A DNA stretch of 64,000 nt from Octopus sinensis (lineage: Eukaryota): the NCBI RefSeq assembly GCF_006345805.1, contig NC_043008.1, forward strand, positions 34,224,001-34,288,000. The letters run 5' to 3'. Below, in pieces: positions 1 through 12,378 of the stretch (its first letter is position 1; every line of letters begins with the position of its first letter). The notes under the pieces were generated by a model. It searched no databases. It was given only the letters and a program-made list of their open reading frames with translations, and was not told where the DNA came from. A program made the translations under genes and the position numbers.

Positions 1-27
1 TATTATTATTATTATTATTATTATTGG

Positions 28-430
28 TTGGGGTTTGGCTCAGGTTTGGTCTTATTCCTGGTCGAATTTATGTGGGTAACGGATTATTTCCTGTAACCTT
101 AGATATCTACAAGTTTTCGGCAGTTTTTCAACTGCTTACACCGCCCCGCTGATAATCCTTGCTGTCTCTTAGAGAGAAACTTTCTGTAGGAGCTCTACGG
201 GGCATTCTATTTCAATCTCCTTCAGCCATTTGTCTACATCTTGGCTTACTGTTCCCAACGCACCAACTATTATAGGCACGACCTTTACTGTTCGCATGTT
301 CCAAATTCTTCCTATTTCAAACTTTAAGGGATTGTATTTTCTTTGTTTTTCTTCCCCTTTCTTTATGAATCAAATGGGCATGATGGGTCAATTAGTAAGC
401 AACTTGGCTTTTCCATATCTATGATTGTAA
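28..430 (-). mobile_element. 3' end (RLE endonuclease region) of an R4/Dong-like non-LTR retrotransposon
   Basis: The minus strand encodes KYNPLKFEIGRIWNMRTVKVVPIIVGALGTV. It runs into the (ATT)n tract at 1-25. The same family recurs at 8090-8270 (+); a similar RLE C-terminal fragment lies at 36900-37170 (+). Confidence 0.75.
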
Positions 431-443
431 TATCTGGCCTATT

Positions 444-875
444 AGAGCAGTGCATGCCGTCAAAGTGACACTGGGGTAAAATATACGAAGCCCAGTATAC
501 CCATCATGACTACCCGTCTGATAAGAGTACACCAGGCACATGCATCACAACCATATATGCGCGACATGGTGATCTCATATCAAGATAAACAGCACATGAC
601 CTTGCAGGTGGGGCCCAGTTAGAATTTTCTTCTGGTCGAGTAACCCATCCCGCTCAAAAGGTCCTTAAATAAGGATTGTTTAAGGATGTTGAATGAACCA
701 CCCAAGTTTCCAAAGGTGAATTGTTCAAACCTCTAAGAATTCCTTTCAACACACTGCTATGATGCTCCCCCACTATGATGCTCATGATTAGAGATGCACA
801 TATCGTCAGCCACTAAGGGACATGCTCAGCTGGTTAAGGTCAAACAACTAACAAGCAAATCTATGGTATTGAGCA
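444..875 (+). repeat. ~550-bp non-coding interspersed repeat (SINE-like) associated with (TAA)n. Other copies at 3997-4330 (+), 24918-25075 (-), 35403-35958 (-), 59048-59580 (-)
   Basis: Five recognisably homologous copies in the window. The longer copies abut (AAT)n arrays. No ORF. Confidence 0.8.
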
Positions 876-1118
876 ATTATTATTGTTGTTGTTGTTGTTA
901 TTATTGTTGTTACTAACGCAGCGAGCTGGCAGAATAGTTAGTACGCCGGATAAAATGCTTAGCGGTATTTCGCCCGTCGCTACGTTCTGAGTCCAAATTC
1001 CGCCGAGGTCGACTTTGCCTTTCATCTTTTCAGGGTCGATAAAATAAGTACCAGTTGAATACTGGGGTTGATGAAATCGACTCATCTCCACCTCCTCCAA
1101 GCTTCCCTTGTGGCAAAA

Positions 1119-1192
<74 letters not shown>

Positions 1193-1194
<2 letters not shown>

Positions 1195-3061
1195 TATGTT
1201 TGACTTTTGCTTTACATTTGCACAAGCTGGCTCCAAGTCTCACCCAGAGACCTCATGAAACAACAAGTTGGAAGTTCGTGCTGGTGTTATGCCTAGTGTG
1301 CCATATATTTGGTTTTGTACTTAGTGTTGTACTAGTGAATGGCTAAAAAAACATACGAAAATTATGTTTGTTTTAAAACTTGAGATTACATAGAAAGTAT
1401 TTTGTGTAGGATATGAGCAGTTCCCATGAGCACTATCTTTTGAATTTCTGCCATTTTGGGGTTTCCTGGTATCTGAACTAGGTAGCAATCATCCCCTTTT
1501 GCTATCATTACCAGGGCATCTATGACAACAGGTATTGTTTTAGTCTTCAGGTTCCACATTTTGCTGATTTCTATTTCCAGATCCTTATATTTGCTCAGTT
1601 TCTGGTAGGTCTTGATAGATACGTTTATATCGATTGGGACAGTCATATCAATGAGGAGGCATGTTTTTTGTCTGAAGTCTTTTACTATGATGTCTAGCCT
1701 ATTCGCATCTATCTTTCTGTCAGTTTGAATGGTGAAGTTCCAGAGGAGTGAGATGTGGTCATTTTCAAGCACTGGAGGTGGTTTGTGTTCCCACCAGTTT
1801 TTATCATGGGGCAAGTCCAGGCTTTTGCAAATTACCCAGTGAATATATTGTGCAGCTCTATCATGCCTGTTGAGATACTCTTTAGGCGCAAGAAGACTGC
1901 ACTTGGAGATAACATGATCAATAGTTTCATTTTATTGTTGACATACACGACATGTTAGGCTACTGCCGTTCTTTAATATGTTGACCTGGTAGTTCCTTGT
2001 TGGTAGGCATTGAACTTGAGCTGCTATGACAAACCCTTCTGTTTCAGATTTTAAGCCAGAGGCCATTAGCCATTGATGGGTCAGGGCTTTGTCAACATCT
2101 ACATTATTCGCTCTCTTTGGGTATTTGCCATTGAGAGGTTTTTCTTGCCATTTATCATTCAGAATATCTAAGGCCGCAGTTTTAGCACGGGTTTTCATGC
2201 GCTTAGCTTTTTTTGTGCTTGTTTCTTGTATGTCTAATTCCGAAATTCGTTGTATTCAGAACTCACTTGGATATTCCTTTGCCTGTTTTGTTAATGAGTA
2301 TGATGCTTTCTTGTTTTCATGTTTTGAGACAAGTTTTAACATCCAGTCTTCAGACTTTTTCAGGTAGGTGTCTAGGCCAATTGTAGCAATCTTGTAAAAG
2401 TCCACGGCCTCCCTCTTTTCTTGGCAGATAAAGTCGTTCTATATCTGCCTTAGGGTGGTGCATTCTATGCATTGTCAACAGTTTTCGTATTTTTCTGTCA
2501 AGATTACATATTTCAGTAATTGACCGGTTAACGATATTGAAACTGTAAGATCGTTTCGATCCTGTTTCTCGCATTCAGCTCTGTCTTGATTATTGCTCTT
2601 ACTCTGCGATAACATTCTCTCCTGATCCTTTCCTTCATCACTGAATGCCTTATTCCATCCCCTTCAATTACCCCTAGTTACTTGTAGCTCTCCGCTGGGT
2701 GTAACTCTTTTATGACATTCTGCTGGTCGGGGTAACGTTAGATGTTTCTGTCATTTTAACTTTGATAAAAATAGCTTTTGCACATTTATTAAGGCCAAAT
2801 TGCATTCTGATGTCATCACTGAATTGTTTAACAATCGTTAGTAAGCCCTTGAGTTGTTGGTCATTTTTTGCAAAGAGCTTTAAATCATCCATGTAAATGA
2901 GATGATTAATATTTTTATCCAACATTTTATATCCGTACTGTGCGTCATTGAGCAATTTTGAGAGAGGTATTAAGGCTAAACAAAAGAGGAGTGTTGATAG
3001 TGAGTCACCCTGGAAAATGCCACATGAAATTTTTACATCACCAGCATTTAGAGATTCATCG
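1193..3061 (-). mobile_element. 5'-truncated, frameshifted R4/Dong-like LINE (RT, CCHC finger, RLE endonuclease)
   Basis: RT motifs GIFQGDSLS and HLIYMDDLKLF; GGRGL thumb region; LKSETEGFVIAAQ..CRVC zinc knuckle; DIIVKD..CLLID PD-(D/E)xK endonuclease. Bounded on both sides by (ATT)n arrays (1118-1192, 3062-3180). Confidence 0.9.
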
Positions 3062-3076
3062 TCATTATTATTATTA

Positions 3077-3134
<58 letters not shown>

Positions 3135-3180
3135 TACTACTACTACTACTACTACTAATACTAATACTACTATTATTATT

Positions 3181-3932
3181 TGATATGTCCCGCATTATGA
3201 CGACGTAACTTCGTCGTCTGCGTGACTGGCCCGTACCGCGTACCTCGCCGACTGACACTACTTGCTGTGTTTGTCCAATATTTATCAGTAGTGGAACAGC
3301 CCACTTCTCATTAGGAGGTGTCCGCCACAAAATCTCCCTCTTTGAGATTTTCTTTTTCTTTCACATAACATTATTTTTTTCTTCAGAATGCCGCAGGGGG
3401 TACCAGTCTACATTGTATACCAGTAGCCCTACTAACACATAGCGACCTGACTTAAATCCTTCACACGGACTTATTATTATATAATATTATTTTTTCTTTT
3501 ATTCAAAATGCCGCAGGTAGTACCAGTCTACATTCTTTGCCGGTAGCGCTACTAATATATAGCGACCTGACTTAAATCTTTCACAAGGAATTATATAATT
3601 TTTCACTGTGCGTAGTTCAGTTCTATGTCTTCAGAATCTTTTTTCAATAGAATTTATATATTTTGCATTGTGTGTGTGTATTATTTTTCACTGCGTGTTT
3701 TTTTTTTTTTCGTATCTTCTTACACGGTCCGTGTGTGTTGAGTCTTATCTGCCTATGCGTTTAGTTCGACTCCTAGTTGCCACTGATATCTCCCGCATTA
3801 TGACAACGTAACTTCGTCGTCTGCGTGACTGGCCCGTACGGCGTATCTCGCCGACTAACACTGCTTGTTGTGTCTGTCCATAATTTGTCAGTAGCGGAAC
3901 AGCCCACTTCTCACTTGGGGGTGTCCGTCGTA
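3181..3932. repeat. ~750-bp element bounded by ~145-bp direct repeats (3181-3324, 3784-3927) with an internal ~120-bp tandem duplication
   Basis: Two similar terminal copies 603 bp apart. The whole unit lies between two (ATT)n arrays. Confidence 0.7.
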
Positions 3933-3934
3933 AC

Positions 3935-3989
<55 letters not shown>

Positions 3990-4362
3990 GTGTGGGAGAG
4001 CAGTGCATGGCATCAAAGTGACACTGCGGTAAAATATAAGAAGCCCAGTATACCCATCATGACTACCCCGTCTGATAAGAGTACATTAGGCACATGCATC
4101 ATAACCACATGTATGCGACATGGTGATCTCATATCAAGATAAACAATGCATAACCTTGCACTTAGAATTTTCTTTGGGTCGAGTAGCCCATCCTGCTCGA
4201 AAGGTTCCATTGAAAAGTTTAGTTTAAGGATGTTGTACAAAACACCCATGTTTCTAGATGTGAATTAGCCAAACCCCCAAAGAATTCCTCTCCACACATG
4301 CCTATGATGTTCCCCCACTACTTCTGCTACCTACCTACATACATACCTACACACACACACAC

Positions 4363-4391
<29 letters not shown>

Positions 4392-4397
<6 letters not shown>

Positions 4398-4792
4398 GAA
4401 AGAATGGAGTTGAACGACGATTTAACAAAATTCCTTTATTCTCGACATACGTTTCGAAGACTGCATATTCCTAATTCCGAAGGAATAAAGGGTGCATTAT
4501 GCCGCCTTCGCCTTTCCTGATGAGAAGGCGGCATAATGCACCCTTTATTCCTTCGGAATTAGGAATATGCAGTCTTCGAAACGTATGTCGAGAATAAAGG
4601 AATTTTGTTAAATCGTCGTTCAACTCCATTCTTCATTTATTTATAGTAAAAAAAAACACACAATTTCCACACGAAAGCACGTGATCTCTGCCCTTGGCAT
4701 GTAGCTTCAACCGTGTTTTCTGACGTGAATTTGCTACCCGGGTATCGGTTAACCGAATTTTCCATACTAGGATAATTCATTCAACTACTCTT
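4392..4792 (+). mobile_element. Non-autonomous HHR-bearing (PLE/retrozyme-like) element with a perfect 5' fold-back, inserted in (TA)n
   Basis: Arms 4392-4509 and 4524-4640 are exact reverse complements apart from one 1-nt indel, with a 14-nt spacer. (TA)n lies on both sides. Contains the HHR at 4513-4594. Confidence 0.75.
4513..4594 (+). ncRNA. Type I hammerhead ribozyme
   Basis: TTTC-CTGATGA(4517-4523); stem II GAAGGC.GCATA/TATGC.GTCTTC; GAAA(4578-4581); near-palindromic stem III ACGTATGT; GTC cleavage triplet after 4589; GAGA pairs with stem I (4 bp, one wobble). Confidence 0.7.
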
Positions 4793-4801
4793 ATATATAT
4801 A

Positions 4802-5020
4802 TACGATGGGTGCTGAAAAGTTCCTGACTTTAAGAGTATCGCTAAAGGTCTTGTTGGAGGCCCAACCTTCCGAGTTCTTTTACAGGGCTTAGTAAAACTG
4901 AAAGACCGCTGCAATAAGTGTGTGAATCTGAGAGGGGAATATGTTGAATACAATCATAATTAACTGATCCTCCTGAATTTTCCTTTACTCAAAACCTGGC
5001 ACTTTTCACCACCCCATCAT
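4802..5020 (+). mobile_element. Mariner-derived MITE (~215 bp)
   Basis: Imperfect TIRs TACGATGGGTGCTGAAAAGTTCCTG / CCTGGCACTTTTCACCACCCCATCAT enclose the transposase C-terminal remnant DRCNKCVNLRGEYVE. Confidence 0.65.
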
Positions 5021-5052
5021 GTGTATGTGTGTGTGTGTGTGCGTGCGTGCAC

Positions 5053-5092
<40 letters not shown>

Positions 5093-6340
5093 ATTATTCA
5101 TATATAAAAATCTTCAATAATAAATAATAAATCTTCAAATAATAAATAAAATATTCAAAACCACATTGTTATAAAAATATATTGAAATCTGAATTTTTAA
5201 GAATCTTTTTGACGGTGTAGATTTTAATAATTGCTTTTATTTAGTGAAAAGTTATACACTCCAATCTAATTAATAAGTAGCTTTCTTTATTATCATTCAA
5301 TAAACCTAACATGAATCTTCACATATGTGCTTTTTTTAAAATAGAATAGTGACAAATAAATTAATAAATTTAAACATTGAGATCTCCCAATGAAAAACCG
5401 ATTTTACGATTTGATTGGAAAAAGGATGACCATAACATTAAAAATCAAAATAGGCCATAAAAATTACATTCTTATGAAGTCATCCAGTTTGGAGTCATTA
5501 AGAATTCTACTATTCATTTTAAACTGACTAGGAAGGTTACTGTAGCTTTCGTCACATATTTCTCTTAAACCCTGGTACTCATAAGACCAGTTACCTGGTT
5601 TCCATGATATATAAAAATAAAATAAATGCGCCCTTTTAAAGCCTAGCCAGGCTCATGGGCCCGGTTTCCCGGTTTCTATGGCTTCCCGGTTTCCCCAGCT
5701 GGACAGGACGCCAGTCCATCGCAGCGTTACTCATTTTTGCTAGCTGAGTGGACTGGAGCAACGTGAAATGAAGTGTTTTGCTCAAGAACACAACGCGTCG
5801 CCCGGTCCAGGAATCGAAACCACAATCTTACGATCATGATGCTGACACCCTAACCACTAAGCCACGAGCCTCCACTTCCATGACGTAGAAGTGACCAATA
5901 TTTTGAAGGGTGGGGACAAGTCGATTACATTGGCCACAGTACTGGACTAGTACTCTATTTTATCGACCCCGAGGGGATGAAAGACTCAGTTGACTCTAGG
6001 GGATTTGAGCCCGGAACGTAAAAATCCTGAAGAAACGTCGCAAAGCTTTTTATTCTTCGTGCTAACGATTTTGCCTGCTAAGCATCATGTCCGACGTGCT
6101 AACATTTCTGCTTGCTCATCATGTTTGCTTGGAGATGCTTTAACTGCTTCTCTCTCCGTTATAATTAAATGCATGTATGCAAGTGAGAATGCCTATAGGC
6201 ATGAAGTTTCTTGAAGAAATTGACTTAATATAAGAACAATCCGAGAAAAATATGGAAATAGAGAGAAAAATCATACTTGAACATATATGCGTAATTATAA
6301 TGTCGATAACCTTTTTCTTTTTTTCTTTTTACAATTTCAG

Positions 6341-6403
6341 AGTATACCTGTGTGTTGATAATATTAATACAAATGCTTCACCTATCAGTATTCCATCTTC
6401 AAG
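6341..6403 (+). CDS. RTP-like zf-3CxxC gene, upstream exon A (VYLCVDNINTNASPISIPSS; could instead be 5' UTR)
   Basis: Long pyrimidine tract ending ACAATTTCAG before 6341 and a consensus AAG|GTAAGT donor after 6403. The 63-nt exon is open in the frame that joins exon B (AG+T = Ser). No upstream start codon found in the window. Confidence 0.6.
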
Positions 6404-6441
6404 GTAAGTGAAGTACATATTTCAAATTATTTCAAAGGATT

Positions 6442-6658
6442 AAGGCGGCGAGCTGGCAGAATCGTTAACACTTCGGGCAAAATGCTTCGAGGCATTTCGT
6501 CAGTCTTTACGTTATGAGTTCAAACTCCGCCGAGGCTGAGGTCGACTTAGCCTTTCATCCTTTCAGAGTCGATAAAATAAATACTAGTTGATCACTGCGG
6601 CCGATGTAATCAACTTACTCTGAAATTGCTGTCCTTGTGCCAAAATTTGAAACCAATA
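6442..6658 (+). mobile_element. tRNA-derived SINE (abundant octopus-type family) with a 14-bp target-site duplication
   Basis: TSD TATTTCAAAGGATT at 6428-6441 and 6659-6672. B-box-like GAGTTCAAACTCC. More copies near 916-1100, 5895-6085, 7805-8010, 8270-8730, 21875-22090, 23700-24150, 37590-37790 and 42780-42900. Confidence 0.8.
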
Positions 6659-7261
6659 TATTTCAAAGGATTGAAATCACATGTCCGTAGAAGCGGAACT
6701 GTGACATCTCAATGTGGAGAAATAGCTGCTCGACCTGAAAAGACTCCCCGATTCCGAGCTACGCATCCTGTCAGGTAACTTACCCCAGTAATCAATCGAA
6801 GGAACCTCATTCCGATGCTTGTATTCGCGATCGTATTTTTCGGCCATTACCCACAACAGTCATGACCAGAAGTAAGGATAGACACTAAAACCGAAATGAA
6901 GATAGCAAGTTTAGCTTCTTTTTTTAGCAACGTCTTCTTTTCTAGGGATTAAAAGCTGAAGCTGAAGCATTACTGTACCGATGCCTTCAATTCTAGCATT
7001 CAATTTAGCCTCCTGCCTCCCATCATTCATAAATATGGCCTTGAGATTAGCTTCTCTCCACATTTCTTTTTACGTTAATTAATTATGACTGAAGGTCGGA
7101 ACAGCTATATATCTCTGGAAGTTCATGGACACTAACGTAATCGAAGTAGTTGGTGTTTTGTTTAAATTTTTATAAATTCTGCAGTAAAAACATAAAAATG
7201 GGAGTAATTCTAAAGTATTGCAACTCTGTGGTGGATTGATCGTGGGGAAAAGAGAGGCTAA

Positions 7262-7700
7262 GAACCAGTTACGCACTGGGGTCGGTATAATCGACTTAAT
7301 CCGTTTGTCTGTCCTTGTTTGTTCTCTCTGTGTTTAGCCCCTTGTGGGTAGTAAAGAAATAGGTATTTCATCTAACGTTACGTTCTGAGTTCAAATTCCG
7401 CCGAGGTTGACTTTGCCTTTCATCTTTTCGGGGTCGATTAAATAAGTACCAGTTACGCACTGGGATCGATATAATCGACTTAATCCGTCTGTCTTTCCTT
7501 GTTTGTCCTCTTTGTGTTTAGCCCCTTGTGGGTAGTAAAGAAATAGGTATTTCGTCCATTATTACGTTCTGAGTTCAAATTCCGCCGAGGTCGACTTTGC
7601 CTTTCATCATTTTGGGATCGATAAATTAAGTACCAGTTGCGTACTGGGATCGATCAATCGACTACCCTCCTCCTCCAAAATTTCAGACCTTGTGCCTAGA
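7262..7700 (+). repeat. Head-to-tail tandem array of ~185-bp SINE-derived units
   Basis: Repeats of GTACCAGTTACGCACTGGGGTCG...TTTAGCCCCTTGTGGGTAGTAAAGAAATAGGTATTTC...GAGTTCAAATTCCGCCGAGG. Similar arrays at 23320-23690, 26515-27125 and 37190-37575. Confidence 0.8.
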
Positions 7701-8040
7701 GTGGAAAAGAATATTTCTTTCGTTTCGTTAAAATAATTCCCGTAACAATAGATTTTATTTGCTTTAAATTGTTTTATTATTGGAACTTTGCTTCTTACAA
7801 TATTTTTTTCTACTCTAGGCACAAGGCCCGAAATTTTTGGGGTGGGGGCCGGTCTATTAGATCGACCCCAGTACGCAACTGGTACTTAAATTATTGACCC
7901 TGAAAGGATGAAAGGCAAAGTCGACCTCGGCGGAATTTGAACTCAGAACGTAGCAACGGGCGAAATACCGCTAAGCATTTTAACCGGCGTGCTAACGATT
8001 CTGCCAGCTCGCTGCCTTAGTAATAATAATAATAATAATA

Positions 8041-8090
<50 letters not shown>

Positions 8091-11039
8091 GACCAAATAT
8101 TTCAATCATAGATAAAGAAAAACCAAGTTGCATACTTATCGACCCATCATGCCCGTTTGATTCCAGGATCGTAAAGAAAGAGGAAGAAAAACAAAGAAAG
8201 TACAATCCCTTAAAGTTTGAAATAGGAAGAATTTGGAGCATGCGAACAGTAAAGGTCATGCCTATTATGGACGAAATACTTATTTCTTTACTACCCACAA
8301 GGGGCTAAACACAGAGAGGACAAACAAGGACAGACAAACGGATTAAGTCGATTATATCGACCCCAGTGCGTAACTGGTACTTATTTAATCGACCCTGAAA
8401 GGCAAAGTCGACCTCGGCGGAATTTGAACTCAGAACGTAGCAGCAGACGAAATACCGCAAAGCATTTCGCCCGGCGTGCTAACGTTTCTGCCAGCTTACC
8501 GCCTTTGGGGTAAAAAGGTGGTGAGCTGGCAGAATCATTAATACGTCGGGTAAAATGCTAAGCGGCGTTTCTTCCATCTTTACGTCCTGGGTTCCAAACT
8601 CCGTCGAGGTCGACTTTGCCTTTTATCTTTTCGGAGTCGATAAAATAAGTACCAGTTGAGTACTGGAACCGATGTAATCGACTTTTTCCGTCCCCTGAAA
8701 TTTCTGGCCTTGTGCCGAAATTTGAAGCTAATCTTTTCTTTATTCTAGTGTTATACCAATTACAAGTTTCATGTTGCTTGTTACAGACTTCATCAGAGGA
8801 AATAGCTTCAATCCTCTCTCGGAGCCTGCTGTATTCATTATCCGATATTGGAGAAATAGTGGTAGAAATGTATGTATGCATGTATATATCAATGTATATG
8901 CATGTGTATGTATTTGTTTATGTATATATATATATGTATTCATATGTGTGTAGGTATGTATATGTATGTGTATGGATACATACACATGCACACAGAACGC
9001 ATGTGCACACACACATACTCACACGCACACTATTTTTTGGTATTATCATGCAAAAATGGTTAATTATTCAATATACACCAATACTAAAAGTTTGTAGAGT
9101 CTGTTACAACTGAGTTATATACTCTATAGCCTTCATCAGGTGTCTTGGGGAAATTTTGAACCTGGGTTCTCATTCCTAAGGTATTTTTCGATGTTATTAT
9201 TATTATTATTATTCAAGATGAGGACAAATATCCGTCAAATGTAAATAATGTAAATAATGTACATTATTCCTCATCTCTCAAAAATAGAACTGTAAACATT
9301 CACACATCTATTCGCATACAGAACTGGCATGGATTATTTGCTGTTTAACAGGGAGAGACACTTGATGATAATATATTACGTAGGTACACGTACTGCGTAT
9401 GTATACGTATAATATTGCGTCGACAAAAGTGAAAGCTTCAGTAAAGCTGAAAATTTCTGTGCAATGGGATAGCTTCGCATTATGAGGAGGTGCTGACTGA
9501 GTCATTTAAGCATTAAGGTGAGACTGATTTTTCCCAATGTTTTCAAAATGAAAATTAACCGCAGTCACTCATGTGCAAACCGTAGTCTGCGTGACTTTCA
9601 GAATGGCGTGCTTAACGAAAAATTATCTTGAATTTGTATTTAATGTTGCGGCCCGCCTGGTGGTGAGCCATGTCTCATGTGGTCCACTTCTCGAAAAAGG
9701 TTGCCCTTGCCTGTTTTAAATACAAGGAGGAAAACATAAGCTATAAATCCGCTCTATCTGTTTCCTTTATTGCTGAGCAATTAATGATCTAGGATCCAAA
9801 AAAGGAAATCAAGAAATCCTTTTAAGCTATAAGCTGTCTTCTCTCCATAAGAAATGCGTGACTTCGTAAAATGTAGAATTTATTTGTCTCAAGTCATTCT
9901 ATGCTGATAACTCTAAAGGAAGATGGAATAGTGCTATACGTGGCTACCAACAACGTTGTAATGTGTAGGGATAAAATTATATGCATATGAATTATATGTA
10001 TATGCTCTATACACCTTCTTATGTAAATTCCAAATTTTCAAATATGCCTCAACTTAAATTGGAAGTGATTGTATCCCTTATAAAGTCAGCTGTCATGGGT
10101 ACACACTATCTTAGGGGGGATAACTCGAAAATGTTACTGATTTCCTAAGTGTCGTCGGTTACTATTCGTCGTTTTAACCCTACTGTGGTTGTTTCTGATG
10201 TTGAAAATACTGGATGTAGTCAAACCTACTATATTTATGTTCGATACTGTCATAATCTAAACTCTTCAAACTGCCTCTGAAATAATTGGCAAAGTTTGTC
10301 TTGGGAACATTGGAAAATGTTTTTCTTTTCTTAAATTTTGTAACATGTTGAATATGTATTTCTAGTTCAATGGAGTGGATTGCAATAGTTTCAAGGCAAC
10401 ATGAAACTTTAAGGTTACATTACTTTAGTACAGATTACGTTTCAATGCTGAACAGGTGTTAAGGTCGTTAACCGTATGTTATTAATACCGAGGATATACA
10501 TTACCAACTAAGACACTACATATTTGTGTAAAGTGTCCCTGTTTTTGTTTTACCCAGTATGCTTAAGCTCTCACTTCACTTCATTTATTTGTACAAACCT
10601 ATAAACAGATAAATACACTTATATACGATAACACATTTGCAAAGTACATTTAGTAATGAAATTTTGTTAGTATATTGCTGCAGCTATAATAGGTTGACTT
10701 CCGGTCGCCATTATATTTTGCCAACAACACTACCCTCTGTTGGGCAATACGTACATTCACTTTTTGTGCTTGGTAACATTGCACTTCGAAAATCTAAAAG
10801 TAAAGTTAAATGGTAATGATGTTCAGTCTTGCTTCGAAAATCGTTACTTAACAATCTTTATCATATCTTTGTCTCTTGAGGTCTGTTGTAGAAAATTAAT
10901 TTGAATGTTTTTCATAATACACATGGAAGAAGAGAAAAATAAAATGCAGAAATGTCGAACGATCTTATTTAATCTCTTTTCATATGAATGCTTTAAATCA
11001 GAGGCTGAAACTTTTTAGAAATCAATATTTATATAGAAT

Positions 11040-11040
<1 letters not shown>

Positions 11041-11127
<87 letters not shown>
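11041..11127. repeat. (GT)n microsatellite, one of dozens of (GT)n, (TA)n, (TATG)n, (AAT)n, (AAG)n and (GA)n tracts
   Basis: Directly visible. Other long tracts include (TATG)n 15724-16062, (AAG)n 16537-16640, (TA)n 18769-18870, (AAT)n 34011-34160, (AAT)n 35268-35400 and (ATT)n 38950-39120. Confidence 0.98.
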
Positions 11128-11128
<1 letters not shown>

Positions 11129-11413
11129 TATGGGTTGTAACGTAATAAGAATTACGCGGTTTCTTTACTGGACGAAATCAGGCGTTTGTGTTCACATATA
11201 TGTATACATGTATGCAAACTCATGTGTGTCTAAACATCTCTAACTTGCCATTGCCACTGCTCCCACGCTGTCACTCCACATGACCACAAACGTAACAGGT
11301 GGAAGTGATATTGATAACAGTTTAAAACTGAGATGTTTTACTTTCATTTAAAATATTTCTTTTCGATCTGCAACGAAAGAATATGGAAACATTTTTTCAT
11401 TTTATTTTCTTAG

Positions 11414-11558
11414 TATGGAGATGGTATGGCATGGAGAATTCGATCGGCTGTTTTGTCAATACTTCCCAGACCAATGGCACCTCTTGTCGACTCATTACCC
11501 ACCAAGTAATCGATGGAGAACCTTTAAAGACAGTGCGAAAGTCAGATTTTCTTGTCAG
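11414..11558 (+). CDS. RTP-like zf-3CxxC gene, exon B (MEMVWHGEFDRLFCQYFPDQWHLLSTHYPPSNRWRTFKDSAKVRFSCQ)
   Basis: TTTTCTTAG acceptor and CAG|GTAAAA donor. ATG at 11415. W..F..L, W.L, W and (A)xxRFxC motifs are collinear with the N-terminal half of the RTP family 3CxxC domain. Missed by the ORF track. Confidence 0.88.
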
Positions 11559-11754
11559 GTAAAAGGGAAAATTATTTCTTAATTAGTTTGTCAGATTTTT
11601 TTGTTTCTTTTTTATTCGAAGTTTTAGTCTTAATCAGTGAAAATAGGGTGACGCCCACGAGCTTCGAAAGTGATAAAGTGAAGGGAGAAAGCTATCCTCA
11701 AATCAGAAACTCTAGCTTGAAATTCTTGCAAAAGTTACATGATGTGATGCGTGT

Positions 11755-11795
<41 letters not shown>

Positions 11796-12325
11796 ACGGT
11801 GAGGGATTAATTTATCCCCTTTAATAAATATTTCTGAATATCAATTCAAATAATTGTAATTAAATAGTTTAATGAATACTGAAGTGATAACAAATGAGTA
11901 ACATATAATACTACTTTAAAATATCTTTTTAATTCTTTTACTAACAATCAATAATTTCTTAAAAGTATATATTTGCGGGCCTGTTTTTATCAGATACTAT
12001 TTGGTATCCGTCGCAATGCTGCCGGTTAACAACCTAGTCAAGATGTAATAGACCCTTCCGCAGAAGCCTACAACAATGATTACATTGATAGGCTCAGCAA
12101 CAACCTGTTTTTTTCTTTCTTGAAACAAATTTTGTATTTTGTCTTTCACACACTCTTTCTCTCAGCAACAACAACAACAACAACAACCTGTCTTAGTGAA
12201 ATTCTTTCTTAAAGTCTGTCTAACGTTGTCTATATGTTGAAAGACATAGAGAAACACACACGCACTTACACACTCACACACACTCACACACATACACACA
12301 CACTGGACGGTGGGCATTTTGCTCG

Positions 12326-12378
<53 letters not shown>

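Noticed and set aside
2710-3330. 206-aa ORF with a poly-Asn tract fused to an RT
   Set aside because: A chance in-frame join of a 5'-truncated LINE, its (TAA)n target and a neighbouring repeat.
3845-3930. TAACACTGC motif reminiscent of a twister ribozyme; CCTCGC reminiscent of HDV-like ribozymes
   Set aside because: The required partner strands and conserved junction residues could not be found by eye.
8787-8860. Possible extra exon of the RTP-like gene (also 6669-6774)
   Set aside because: For 8787, the frame needed after exon A hits a stop and the donor is weak. For 6669-6774, the apparent acceptor is part of a SINE target-site duplication.
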